Assembly (NCBI GenBank): GCA_963826525.1
Contig: CAWGXH010000004.1
Location: 1,056,001-1,120,000, forward strand
Length of the DNA stretch: 64,000 nucleotides
Reading direction: 5' to 3'
Origin: an uncultured Methanomicrobiaceae archaeon
GTDB taxonomy: Archaea; Halobacteriota; Methanomicrobia; Methanomicrobiales; Methanoculleaceae
The notes beneath the pieces were generated by a model. That model made no database searches. It saw only the letters and a list, made by a program, of their open reading frames with translations, and was not told the DNA's origin. Positions within the stretch are counted from its first letter, which is position 1. Each line of letters opens with the position of its first letter. Below, piece by piece: positions 1 to 10,136 of the stretch. Made by a program: the position numbers and the translations under genes.

Positions 1-297
1 GGGCTTTCGGAGCAGGGTGCCGAGCTGCTGGATCTCGGTGAGGGTCGCCGGCGTGCCGCCGATGTATGCGCCCGGAACCGTTAGCCCTGCGATCATGACG
101 ACGAGCGAGGCCGCACCGAGGGAGGTGGTCAGGCCTGAGTCGGCACGGAGCGCATCGATGGTGACGTAGCGCGGCCGGTAGCCGTGTCCGATGAGAACGC
201 CGGCGACCGTCCGTATGTAGGGGGAGATGTAGGGCGAGACACCGAGGCATGCAGGTTCATCGACGTAGCCGTCGATGATGACGGCGTCAGAGGTCAT
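1..297 (-). CDS. Radical SAM protein, N-terminal part (runs off the window)
   Basis: ATG at 297 overlaps the end of mptE; translates MTSDAVIIDGYVDEPACLGVSPYISPYIR, the IIDGYxDEPAxLGVxPY start of an archaeal radical SAM family. Confidence 0.7.
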   Translation of the reverse strand, partial: MTSDAVIIDGYVDEPACLGVSPYISPYIRTVAGVLIGHGYRPRYVTIDALRADSGLTTSLGAASLVVMIAGLTVPGAYIGGTPATLTEIQQLGTLLRKP

Positions 298-907
298 AGC
301 CGATCAGGTGCAGGAGTTCGCGTGCCCAGGAGAGCTTGCCCCGCTTGACGGGATCGACCGATCGATCGTCGAGATTGAACCCGATGATCGTGATCGCTGC
401 TGCACCGAGTTCGTCGGCGGCGTAGACCGCACGGTCACCGTCGGTGAAACCGCCGAAGTTGTGGACGTGTGCAAGCGGTGTTCCCTGCGTGGTGCGGACG
501 AGCGGCCCGGGGAACCGGGGTGTCCAGTGCCGGAGCAGCGGGATGTTGTCGCCGTGGGCGTGGACGACCATCACCGTCCCGTCCCGGTTCATCTCGATGA
601 AGCGGTCCGTGGCGCCGTCGAGGTCGGTGAAGACGGCGTCCGGCCGGATACCCCGCTCCGCCAGCACCTCGGCGGCGGCGTCCGCGGCAAAGATGCTCCC
701 TTCGATCCGGTCGAGTTCGTCGGCAAGGCAGGGAGCGTTCCCGCAGACCGTCACCTTCTTTCCCGCAGCGAGCGACCGGAGGAGCGGCAGGTCGTCCTTG
801 TCCGAGAGACCGGCAAGGAGTCGTGCGGCCTCCTCGTCCTCTTCCCGTTCAAAGCAGAAATAGTCAAGAATAGCGGTATAGTGCGGTTCCCAGTCTTCAA
901 ACTTCAT
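287..907 (-). CDS. mptE: 6-hydroxymethyl-7,8-dihydropterin pyrophosphokinase (MptE/DUF115)
   Basis: W-x-x-x-Y-x-x-I N-terminus; AADAA, TDLDG, VHAHGDN and NFGGFTDGDRA motifs. Confidence 0.85.
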   Translation of the reverse strand: MKFEDWEPHYTAILDYFCFEREEDEEAARLLAGLSDKDDLPLLRSLAAGKKVTVCGNAPCLADELDRIEGSIFAADAAAEVLAERGIRPDAVFTDLDGATDRFIEMNRDGTVMVVHAHGDNIPLLRHWTPRFPGPLVRTTQGTPLAHVHNFGGFTDGDRAVYAADELGAAAITIIGFNLDDRSVDPVKRGKLSWARELLHLIGYDL

Positions 908-2363
908 CCTTGCCCTCGCCGTCCAGGCCGACCAGCGTCGTGAACCGCTTCAGAATCGGGTCGATGATGAGCGAGAGCAGTTCCTCTTTGTCCCGCACCA
1001 TCGTAAAATAACTGAGCGGAATGACGGATGCCGCCATCGTGGCGTGCCCTCCTGCCTCGCCGATCGCCCCGAAGGCCTCGGTCATGACGTTGCCGAGGTG
1101 GAGGCGGATGTCCTTGTTGCGTGCCGAGATGATGATGTTCTGATCCCCTATCCCGTAGACGAGCGCCGTGTTCACCCCTTCGAGCTGGATCAGAAGATCT
1201 GCCGCCTGCGGGAGGGCGTCACGGTTCCGCACGTAGCCGACGTTCGAGAAGAGGTAGCCGCTCTTGATCCTCCGGTTCCGGACAGCGGTTCCGAGGATAT
1301 CGAGTGTCTCCTGCGAGATGGACGGGGAGGTGATCTTGCTGAGGAGTTCCGAGTCGGTCAGGGGCAGGAGAAACGCGGCGTAGTTGAGGTCTTGCGGGGT
1401 GACGTTCCGCTTGAAGTCCCGGGTATCCGCCCTGATTCCGTAGAGCAGAGCAGTCGCGACGGTCTTGTTCACGGGGATGTCAAGTTCCATCAGGTACTGG
1501 GTCATGATGCTTGCCGTAGCCCCGACACCCGGCCTGATATCGATGAAGTCGGCGATGGCATTCGGGGTCTCGCCGTTTTTGTGGTGATCGATGATGACGT
1601 TGACCCGGGTATTCTTCGAGAGCTCGTTGTTGACGCCGGGGGCGGCCGAGTCCACGAGTGCCAGGTAGTTGCACTCTTCGAGGACCTGAGGGGTGAGCCG
1701 CTCGAGTTTGATCTCGAGGAGGTTGATAAAGGCGCGGTTCTCCTGGTGCCCGATATTGCCTTCGTAGAGGATGCGGCAGGTGAGTTTGCCGTGGCTCGCG
1801 TGGCGTGCGACCATCGAGAGCGCCATCGCGCTCGAGATAGCGTCGGGGTCGGGGTTCATGTGGGTGACGATCCCGAGCGTTCCTTCCCAGCCGGCGAGGA
1901 GGTCGTAGAGCCGCATCGCGAGGCGCGACGAGTGAAGTTTCCTGATATGGTGGATGGCGGTCTTTGCCACCACTTCCTGAGGGTAGAGGACGATATCCGC
2001 GCCTTCCTCCTGGAGCATATCGACACTGACCGGGTCGACTGCACGCGCGATCACATAGGTGGCGGGGTAACGGTTCTTGACGCTCCGGAGAGCAGTGAGA
2101 TTTGCGTCTTTATCATTGCTCAGAATAAAAGCGACTTCCGGCACCGGAAGTCCGTCGAGAAGGTGGGGATCACGGATATCCCGAACAAGTGCCTCGTATT
2201 TCTGGTCTCGCAGGTCTTCGACCCTCTTCTCGTCCCGGTCGACGATGATGAGATCTTCGTTCTCCTGAACCAGCTCTTCGGCGACGTTATAGCCCGTGCT
2301 TCCGCACCCGAGTATTATATACTTGATTCGCTCTTTCGATACGTTCTGAACCGCCTCAGGCAT
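897..2363 (-). CDS. DHH-family phosphoesterase with N-terminal TrkA-N (RCK) domain
   Basis: ILGCGSTG Rossmann motif, then THMNPDPDAI, IIDHH and AGGH DHH/DHHA1 motifs; start could be as far up as 2387. Confidence 0.85.
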   Translation of the reverse strand: MPEAVQNVSKERIKYIILGCGSTGYNVAEELVQENEDLIIVDRDEKRVEDLRDQKYEALVRDIRDPHLLDGLPVPEVAFILSNDKDANLTALRSVKNRYPATYVIARAVDPVSVDMLQEEGADIVLYPQEVVAKTAIHHIRKLHSSRLAMRLYDLLAGWEGTLGIVTHMNPDPDAISSAMALSMVARHASHGKLTCRILYEGNIGHQENRAFINLLEIKLERLTPQVLEECNYLALVDSAAPGVNNELSKNTRVNVIIDHHKNGETPNAIADFIDIRPGVGATASIMTQYLMELDIPVNKTVATALLYGIRADTRDFKRNVTPQDLNYAAFLLPLTDSELLSKITSPSISQETLDILGTAVRNRRIKSGYLFSNVGYVRNRDALPQAADLLIQLEGVNTALVYGIGDQNIIISARNKDIRLHLGNVMTEAFGAIGEAGGHATMAASVIPLSYFTMVRDKEELLSLIIDPILKRFTTLVGLDGEGKDEV

Positions 2364-2476
2364 GTGTACAATGGTGTAACTTCTCATCTTATTAATGGAT
2401 TCCCTGATGGGTTCTCCCCGGAATAATCCGGAAGGTTTATTTGCAATCCAGACCTATTTTGTTAGGTCAGATGAAA

Positions 2477-2550
2477 GGGCCTGTAAGCTCAGTCGGCAGA
2501 GCGACGGACTCTTAATCCGTAGGCCAGGGGTTCAAGTCCCTTCAGGCCCG
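2477..2550 (+). tRNA. tRNA-Lys(CTT)
   Basis: GGGCCTG/CAGGCCC acceptor stem, GCTC/GAGC D stem, ACGGA-CT-CTT-AA-TCCGT anticodon arm, GGTTCAAGTCC T arm; one extra A after the acceptor stem. Confidence 0.93.
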
Positions 2551-2861
2551 TTCCCTTTCTCATGCTGCCTCTGTTCTTTGTCACTCCGTTTCTCCGTGGT
2601 CACTATCGTACATCAATCGTTCCGGAACCGCTTCGAATTATCCTCGCTGCGCCTGTCCGGAGAGCGGTCGTGGAACCGACGGGCGTCCCGAAGATGCGTC
2701 ATGGGCGGTTGTTCCGTACTCTGCCCTGTAGTGTAGCCGTCGGGGTCAGGTGTATGCCCCTGGTATTTAAATTATGCCCCGGGGGCGATTTATCGAAGGA
2801 TACGCGGAGATCGCGAGGGCCGGGTTCTGCTGCCGGGCGGCAGGTGGCCGGCGGTTTTTCT

Positions 2862-3801
2862 TTAGAGAAATGAGGTCGCGTAGGTGTAGCCGTCTTTAAG
2901 CGGCTGCTGTTCCCGTCGATGAGTAAGAACATACTGGCCGCAGTTACTGCCGATCCTGTTCTCCTCGGTCTCTCCGATACTGACGATCACCCTCGTAGCC
3001 TGCCGACTGAAGCTCCTGCACGAGCGTGTACTCCGTCGCTCCCGGTCGGACGTACGAGGTAAGGTTGTTCCTGGTCGCCGCATAGGTCGGGTTGACGGGG
3101 GTGATCTTGATCGAGGAAGGTCTCGGGGGAGAAGTGCCGCAGCAGAATCTCCGGGTCTATCGGCGCTCCTTCTGCCAGGGCGAAGTTCAGGACGATCTTC
3201 CGGTCTCCCTTCCCGAAGAACGCCTCCCCGTAGCGTGCCATCCGGGAGAGGCTCCACGTCCTGATCGGCACGAGCGTTCGCCTGACCTGCTCGTCGGTGC
3301 TGTGGAGGGAGAACTGGAACTGGAACCTGCCGCGGTACAGCCGGTCTTTTCATCATCGAGCAGGCGGTCGAAGAACCGGTCGGTTCCGTGCGGAGCGACG
3401 GTCGAGAGCGACGGTGCAAGGCCCGGTGCCCGGTACCGGTTCGGGAGTTCCTCGAGAACGTCGAGGACGGCAGGGTTGAAGGCAGGCTCTCCCATGCGGG
3501 CGAACTGTATCTTGAACTTCTTCGCAGGGACGGCGCCGTCCGGGTACCGCCTCCTGACGAGATGGTCTATCTGGAAGAGTATCTCTTCCGCCGAGAGTCT
3601 GCCGTGATACTCGTTCCCTGCATCGCAGAAAGAACAGCCGACGGGGCATCCGTGCAGCGTCGAGACGATCAACACCCATTTCTCCTCGCGCGAGAGCGGG
3701 GGCTGCACCGATTCGACGCACTCGATCATTCTCTCCGGTGCAGTCTCGATGATGGAGACTGTTGCGATATCGTCGTTTCCCGTTCTGGCAAGCACTCTCA
3801 T
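2862..3801 (-). CDS. RlmN/Cfr-like radical SAM protein (joined across several frameshifts)
   Basis: VSTLHGCPVGCSFC (CxxxCxxC), RMGEP and C-terminal SNCGQ; pieces lie in ORFs 3187-3801, 2987-3271 and 2862-3419. Confidence 0.75.
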
Positions 3802-4706
3802 TCGTCACCCTCTCGCAGTCTTCGATCGAGTTCCATCGCGGCTCTCACTCCCGCTCCGGCAGCAATGGCGGTCTGCCGGAAGATGCCGGCCGCTGCGTCT
3901 CCGACGATCTGCAGCCGGCAACTCGCGGAGAGTTCACTCTGATCATATTTCAGCCGCTCACTCAAAAAGTCGAGGGCCGGCTCCCTGCCGATGGCGGTGA
4001 GCAGGTACCCGACGGTGAGAGTGCGGGCTCGCCTCTCCGGTCCTGCAACGGAGGGCGAGCCCGTGCGTGATCGGACGCGACGGCCTCGATCCGGGTCTCG
4101 CCGAGATAGGTGATGCGGGCGGATCTCTCCGCCCGCTCCCGGAGCAGCGGGAGAGACCGCGCCCGGGCTGCTCCGGTTGATGATCGTAACATCGTTCTCC
4201 CGGGAGAGCCGGAGGGCGTAATCGAAAGCGGCATCCCCGCCGCCGAGGACGGCGATGCTGGCTCCCCCGCACGTCGAGGAGCGGGAGGATGCCGGAGACG
4301 ATGCGGGGGCGTGCCTCCGCCGGGATGCCGGGCAGGTCCCATGACCCGCGGCCGTGTCCCCGTCGCGACGATGACGGCGGATGCCCGGCAGGTCTCCTCG
4401 TCAGTCTCGATAAGGAACGTCCCTGCCGTATAATCGAGCAGAAGCACCTCCTTACGAACGAGCCGGATACCGGAGCCGGTCAAGATGGTGTGCCAGCCGA
4501 TTGGCGAGAGCCTGGCCGGAAATCGCCGTCGGGAAACCCGGGGTAGTTCTCGACGAGGTTCGCTTCGCGGACAAGGCCTCCCGGCATCCCTTTCTCGAAG
4601 ACGAGCGGATCATGGCCGGAGCGCTGCAGACTGGACGGCGGCCGCTATCCCGGCAGGGCCCTGCGCCGATGACGGCGACGGTCTCAGTCTCCTCTGCCGG
4701 CACCAT
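3798..4706 (-). CDS. Thioredoxin-reductase-like FAD/NAD(P)-dependent oxidoreductase (frameshifted)
   Basis: VAVIGAGPAGIAAA, ENYPGFP and VIVATG motifs spread over several frames; ATGA overlap with the downstream gene. Confidence 0.7.
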
Positions 4707-5353
4707 CGAGCCACTCCAGTAAGTTCGGCGGTGAGCACCGGGACGGCGCATCCGTGCGAAAGCGTGCAGAGGGATGCCCGGTGGAACTCTCCGGTATACG
4801 TAGCCGTCCCGTCGACCGGGAAGAAGACTGAAAATCCCCGTACGAACGCGGAACGTGCCGTCGTTTCGCAGCAGAGATGGGTCGCGACGCCCGTGACCAC
4901 CACCTGCGTGACCCCTGCACGCCGGAGCATGGCTCTCGAGATCCGTCCGATAGAATGCATCGTACTGGGATTTCGTAACGATCGGGAACGACGGGTCGTA
5001 GAGATCGGGAGTAAGGTCTGCCGCCCCGGTCTCTTCCGTTATCAGGTCCCGCCACCAGATGGCCATACTGCCGGCGTCTCCGGGTGTGTTCCGGTGCCTT
5101 GTGAAGAGTACCGGGGCGCCCGCCCGGACGAACCCGTCGATCAGGGTGCGGATCTTCGGGACGATCGCCCGGCTGCCCGGGATGAACGCGTGCGACCGCT
5201 CGTCGAGGAAGGAGCGCTGCATATCCACGACGAGCAGCGCCGCCTGCTCCGGGACGAACCGGACGGGGTGGCGGCGGCGAAGATCCCGGACGTGCCGGAG
5301 CATCTCGGCGGCAACGGCGTCGATCGTTCGGGTGTAAGGTATTCCTCCTTCAT
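4684..5353 (-). CDS. Isochorismatase-family cysteine hydrolase (frameshifted)
   Basis: ALLVVDMQ, KSQYDAF and TGVATHLCCETTARSAF (D-K-C triad). Confidence 0.8.
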
Positions 5354-5365
5354 CAGGGCTACTGC

Positions 5366-6274
5366 CTACTTCCCGATTTTCACCAGCATCTCTTCGAGCG
5401 ACGGGTAGCGCGACTCGATCCGCTCGATCACGGCACCGTCCGCCGAGAGGGTGGTTGTGGTCATGTTCAGCTCCTCGATCGTCCGTGCCGTGGCGAGGTA
5501 GTGACCGTCGGCCTCGGTATACGCGAGTTCCGTCGCAAAGGCGGACGCATCTGGTATGCGGAAGAATATCTGGTAGGTGAGCGAGCCGAACATCTCCCGG
5601 AGTTCGTCCATGCTGCCCTGGGCGACGGTCTTCCCCCGCCTGAGGATCATCACCGAATCGCAGACCTCCTCGACCTGGTAGAGATTGTGGCCCGAGAAGA
5701 TGATCGTCTTGCCCTGCGAGCGGAGACTCTTGATATAGTCGATGACGAACCGCGAGGTCATGGGATCGAGCCCGGAGGTCGGTTCGTCGTAGATCAAAAG
5801 CGACGGATCGTGGATGAGCGACCGGGCTATCGCGACTTTGCGCTTCATCCCCTTCGAGAGCTCCCCGAGTTTCTTCCCCTCCGCCTCCAGGGAGAGCGAG
5901 CCTAAGAGTTCGTCCCTTCGAGCGCGGATGGTCTTCGCATCGAGTCCGTAAATCTCGCCGAAGAACGAGAGGTACGCATCGACGGTCATCGTCTCGTAGA
6001 GGCGCGACTCCTCGGGGAGGTAGCCGAGACGCCGTTTCAGGTCGAGGGGCTGGCTGATAACGTCGATATCGTCGACGGTAAGTGTTCCGGAGGTCGGTGT
6101 GATCAGTCCTGCCAGAATCTTGAGGAGCGTGGTCTTTCCTGCGCCATTGTGACCGATGACGCCGAAGATATTCGACTCCTCGAGGTCGAAGCCGACGCCG
6201 TCGAGGGCGGGGAAGTCGTTGTAATACTTGACAAGTGTCCGGGCTCTGATCATCGTAACACCCCTTTTTACCAA
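5366..6274 (-). CDS. ABC transporter ATP-binding protein
   Basis: GHNGAGKTT Walker A, LSKGM signature, IYDEPTSGLD Walker B. Confidence 0.92.
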   Translation of the reverse strand: MVKRGVTMIRARTLVKYYNDFPALDGVGFDLEESNIFGVIGHNGAGKTTLLKILAGLITPTSGTLTVDDIDVISQPLDLKRRLGYLPEESRLYETMTVDAYLSFFGEIYGLDAKTIRARRDELLGSLSLEAEGKKLGELSKGMKRKVAIARSLIHDPSLLIYDEPTSGLDPMTSRFVIDYIKSLRSQGKTIIFSGHNLYQVEEVCDSVMILRRGKTVAQGSMDELREMFGSLTYQIFFRIPDASAFATELAYTEADGHYLATARTIEELNMTTTTLSADGAVIERIESRYPSLEEMLVKIGK

Positions 6275-6333
6275 ATGCCTAATATACGTTATTGTACACA
6301 GACATCATTCCTCCGGGGCGGTGCGGGATATTT

Positions 6334-8139
6334 ATGGGTTTGGTTACCTCTGTCTGGACGATCACGCGATGGGAGATGAGGAAGTCGATGGCTTCCATGG
6401 GCAGGAACGTCCTGCCCCTGGCGCTCGGTCTCCTGATTCTGCTCGTTCTGGTGACCGGATTTGCCGCACAGAGTGGGATTCATCTCCAGGACGGCATGTA
6501 CCTGCTCGGTGTCGACGACCCCACCATCGCCCGCATCTTCGCCGGCGACGAGCGTTTTTCTGTCTACGAGAGTGATCCTCTGGCCCTCTGGCAGAACCGG
6601 TTCTCCTACGACGTTCTGGTGGTGGGCGGCGAGGTCTACGCCGCCGATACCGGCAAAGGCCGTTCCGCACTCAAGGCGCTCGAACGGGACTACGGCACTT
6701 ACGTCTCTCGCGTGGCAGGGGCAGAGCCCGACCTCTTCGCCGCCTACCCGCTCTGGATAGAACTCGAGTACGTCAGGAGCGAGATGGACTTCGTCGCGAC
6801 GGAGAGCGGGCAGCAGGTGGGAGCGCCGACTGATATCTCCTCGCCGCCCAAACCGAGCGGCCCCGTCGCTGCGATGACGCCTCCCCCTGCCGGAATCGGG
6901 GTCTCCGCCGACGACCTGCGGGCGCATCTCGTGACGGACGCTTCCGAGAGCCCCATCTCCCGCTATACCGACGTCCTCTCGACGGATACCGGTATGGAGT
7001 CGTTCAAGACCCCCTCGCAGCTCTCGCCGCCGCTCCCCTTCGACTCGATCATCCTCATCTTCGTCTTCATCTTCCCGCTCTACTTCACCTCCCAGTTCTT
7101 CATGATGAGCATCATGAACGAGCGGATCGGCCGCGTGGGAGAAGCGCTTCTCTCCGCGCCCGTCAGGCCCGCCGCGATCCTGCTCGGAAAAGGCCTGCCC
7201 TACTTCGCGATCATGCTGCTGATAGCGGGCATCATCACCCTGGTGAACGGTGCGTCGCTTCTGATCCTGCTCCCGCTCGTTCCGGTGATCCTCTTCTTCA
7301 TGGCGAACGCCCTCATCATCGGCATGACGGCAAGGAGCTTTAAGGAACTCTCCTTCCTCTCCATCTTCTTCTCGACCCTGGTCACCTCATACCTCTTCTT
7401 CCCGACGGTCTTTGCCAATGTCCACGTCGTGAGCATCATCTCCCCGCTCACCCTGGTCGTCCTCGAGCTCCAGGGGGACGGGTTTACGCTCATGGAGTAC
7501 GTCTACTCGACGTCGCTCTTCTTTGCGACGAGTGCCGTCCTCTTCTATGCGGGGGTGGCGAACTTCACCGAAGAGCGGCTCTTTTCGGAAAAACCGCTCC
7601 TGCCACGGCTGATGGAGTTTATCGGGAGCGGGATCTCGCACCACCGCCCCCTGCTCTCGCTCTTCGGCCTTGCGGCCTTCTCGGTCCCGTTCGTCTTCAT
7701 GGTGCAGATGATGTGCCTCGTGCTCTTCTTCAACGTCCCGATGCCGCTCTCGCTCGTCCTCCTCATTGGAGCGTCGGCGCTCATCGAGGAGTTCGCGAAG
7801 TCCGTCGGACTCTTTGCGCTTCTCCGGAGCAGGCCGAGTTTCCTCACCGTCCGGAACATGCTCGCGGGCTCGTTCCTCATCGCGCTCGGGTTCCTCATCG
7901 GTGAGAAGGTGCTGCTGCTCGCGACGCTCTCCCAGATCGCAGAATCAGTCTTCGGCGAGGTCCTCTTCCTCTCGCTCCAGGTGCTCTGGATGCCGCTCAT
8001 GCTCCACTTCGTCGGCGTGCTGATCGTCGCGATCTTCTTAAAGGTCGGTGGAAGCCGGGGCTGGGCTCCCGGCCTCCTGACCGCGACGGTCGTCCACGCT
8101 CTCTACAATCTCTACTTCATCTCGGGAGGTCTCCTATGA
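6334..8139 (+). CDS. ABC-2-type permease with C-terminal PrsW-like intramembrane protease domain
   Basis: Multiple TM helices; ERxxRxGEALLSAP ABC-2 motif; C-terminal IEEFAK, GFxxGE, H and HALYN motifs. Confidence 0.75.
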   Translation: MGLVTSVWTITRWEMRKSMASMGRNVLPLALGLLILLVLVTGFAAQSGIHLQDGMYLLGVDDPTIARIFAGDERFSVYESDPLALWQNRFSYDVLVVGGEVYAADTGKGRSALKALERDYGTYVSRVAGAEPDLFAAYPLWIELEYVRSEMDFVATESGQQVGAPTDISSPPKPSGPVAAMTPPPAGIGVSADDLRAHLVTDASESPISRYTDVLSTDTGMESFKTPSQLSPPLPFDSIILIFVFIFPLYFTSQFFMMSIMNERIGRVGEALLSAPVRPAAILLGKGLPYFAIMLLIAGIITLVNGASLLILLPLVPVILFFMANALIIGMTARSFKELSFLSIFFSTLVTSYLFFPTVFANVHVVSIISPLTLVVLELQGDGFTLMEYVYSTSLFFATSAVLFYAGVANFTEERLFSEKPLLPRLMEFIGSGISHHRPLLSLFGLAAFSVPFVFMVQMMCLVLFFNVPMPLSLVLLIGASALIEEFAKSVGLFALLRSRPSFLTVRNMLAGSFLIALGFLIGEKVLLLATLSQIAESVFGEVLFLSLQVLWMPLMLHFVGVLIVAIFLKVGGSRGWAPGLLTATVVHALYNLYFISGGLL

Positions 8140-9219
8140 ACGGACGGAATATCGGAATTATCGCTAAAAAGGAGTTTTCAGGACTCTATACGGAGAAGAC
8201 GATCATATTTGCCATCCTCCTGCAGCTCTTCATCGCCATGTTCTCGTCGTTCCTGCTCGTCGGGCTCACCGCCATGTACGATCCCGAGGCGATGGCGGGA
8301 TACTCCACGACCCGGTATGCGGTCGGCTATGCGGGGAACGACTCGCCGCTCGTCGCGGAGTTTGCAAAGCACGACGATCTTCTCCTCTACCCTATCGATC
8401 TTTCCGAGGGTGTTGCCGCCCTCAAGGAGCGCCGAGCTCTCGGCCGTCGTCTACGTCCCGGATACCCCGCCGGACGCGGACGACCCGATCAAGGTCACGC
8501 TCTATCTCCTGCAGAACGACCTGCAGTCGAGCATCATCAACGTCAAAATAAAGGATCTCCTCCTCGGCTACGAGGCGGAGCTCCGCGAGATCCGCTCTGA
8601 CCGGCTTGAGTCCTTCCCGCTCGGGCTGAACTTTCCCGAGGGGATAACGGGCGCGGACTTCTTTGAGTTCGTCTACGGCCTCCTGATCCCGCTGCTCGTC
8701 TTCATGCCGGCGATCATCTCCGCAGCGCTGATCATCGACCTCATCACGGAGGAGTACCAGCGCCAGACACTCGAGACGCTTCTTGCGACGCCCGTCACCT
8801 TCACGGAGATGATCTGGGGGAAGATCGTCGCCTGCGAGGTCCTGATCCCGGTGCAGGCGGGTATCTGGCTCCTCCTCCTCACGGTCAACGGGATAGCGAT
8901 CGAAAACGCCCTCCCGATCCTGCTCCACGTTTCGGTCGGCGGCCTGCTGCTCATCCTCCTCGGAACGCTCGTCGCCCTCCACTACCGGGAGCGGACCAGT
9001 GCGCAGTTCATCTTCTCGACGGCGGTTGTGGTCGTCGTCCTCTTCGTCATGGCGATGCCCTATAACCCCTTGAACCTCATCGTCCGGCTCTCGGTGAACA
9101 CCATCGGCTACGAGCACTGGGTGATGCTCGGTATCACGCTCCTGGCGGCGATCGCCCTTGCCTGGATAACAACCGCATATGCCCGGCGGGTTGGGGACGC
9201 CCGGTCTGCCGGAGCCTGA
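8136..9219 (+). CDS. ABC-2-type permease (one frameshift near 8430)
   Basis: IAKKEF start, EEYQRQTLETLLATP-x6-IWGK motif; ATGA overlap with the upstream permease. Confidence 0.8.
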
Positions 9220-9405
9220 ACCTCATTTCATAATCTTTATCATACTCCTCTTCTCCGCTCCCGGCACTTTTCTCCGGCGGCAGCGCTCCCCGTTAGGCTT
9301 TAATTCGCCAGCGATTCCGCAAAACCGCCTCCATGCTTACGCCTCCTCGGTATCTCTCTCGTGGAAAAGTATATCTGATGGATGGCGCTATGAAGCGCAG
9401 ACCTC

Positions 9406-10085
9406 ATGCCCCCGCGACGATACTTCAACACGTTCTGTGCGGTCTGCGGCGAACCCTACCGCTCCTCAAGCCCTGATGAGGCCGGCGGGGTCGGTTCGCG
9501 CGACCTCGACACCCGCCCGGCGGAGCCCCTCCGCTCTACGATCTATTCCTGGGTGCAGCGCTGCCCCTCCTGCGGTTACGCCTCACCCGATATCGGGCGG
9601 CAGGTTCCGGGTGCGAAGGAGTCGGTCGGGCTCCCGCGGTACCGGGAGCAGCTCGACGACCGGACGTATCCGAAACTCGCGAACACCTTCCTCTGCTGGT
9701 CGCTGATCCAGGAGGATACGGGTTCGCCGGCGAAGGCCGCCTGGGCCTGCATCCATGCCGCCTGGGTCTGCGACGATCAGGGAAACGATGTTGCGGCACG
9801 GCTCTGCAGGAAACGTGCCGCCGCCCTGATGAAGCGGGCACGCGATGTGGGTGGGCGCCTTGCAGCACAGGAGGGCGGCGACGATGCGATCCTGGTCGAC
9901 CTCCTGCGGCGTGCCGGTCGGCTCCGCGAGGCCCGCACCGTTGCGGAGGACGCACTGAAGAACGGGCTTCCGAACCTCTCATCGCCGATGTTCTGCAGTA
10001 CCAGCGGCGCCTGATCGAGCGTTCCGACCGCACCCGTCACACCATCGACGAAGTGCGGCGGCTGCGGGGGCTCGCCCCCCGGTAA
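9406..10085 (+). CDS. DUF2225-like Zn-ribbon/helical protein (C-terminal frameshift)
   Basis: CAVC ... DLDTRP ... CPSCGYA, AAWVCDD, DLLRRAG; the shifted frame ends LQYQRRLIE...TAA at 10085. Confidence 0.6.
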
Positions 10086-10136
10086 CGGGACGCCGGATGC
10101 TCACCTTTTGTATACCATGACCCGCTGATATCTATC

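Noticed and set aside
2477-2550. Non-canonical tRNA-Lys with three bases between acceptor and D stems
   Set aside because: Most likely a sequencing insertion given the indel rate in the window.
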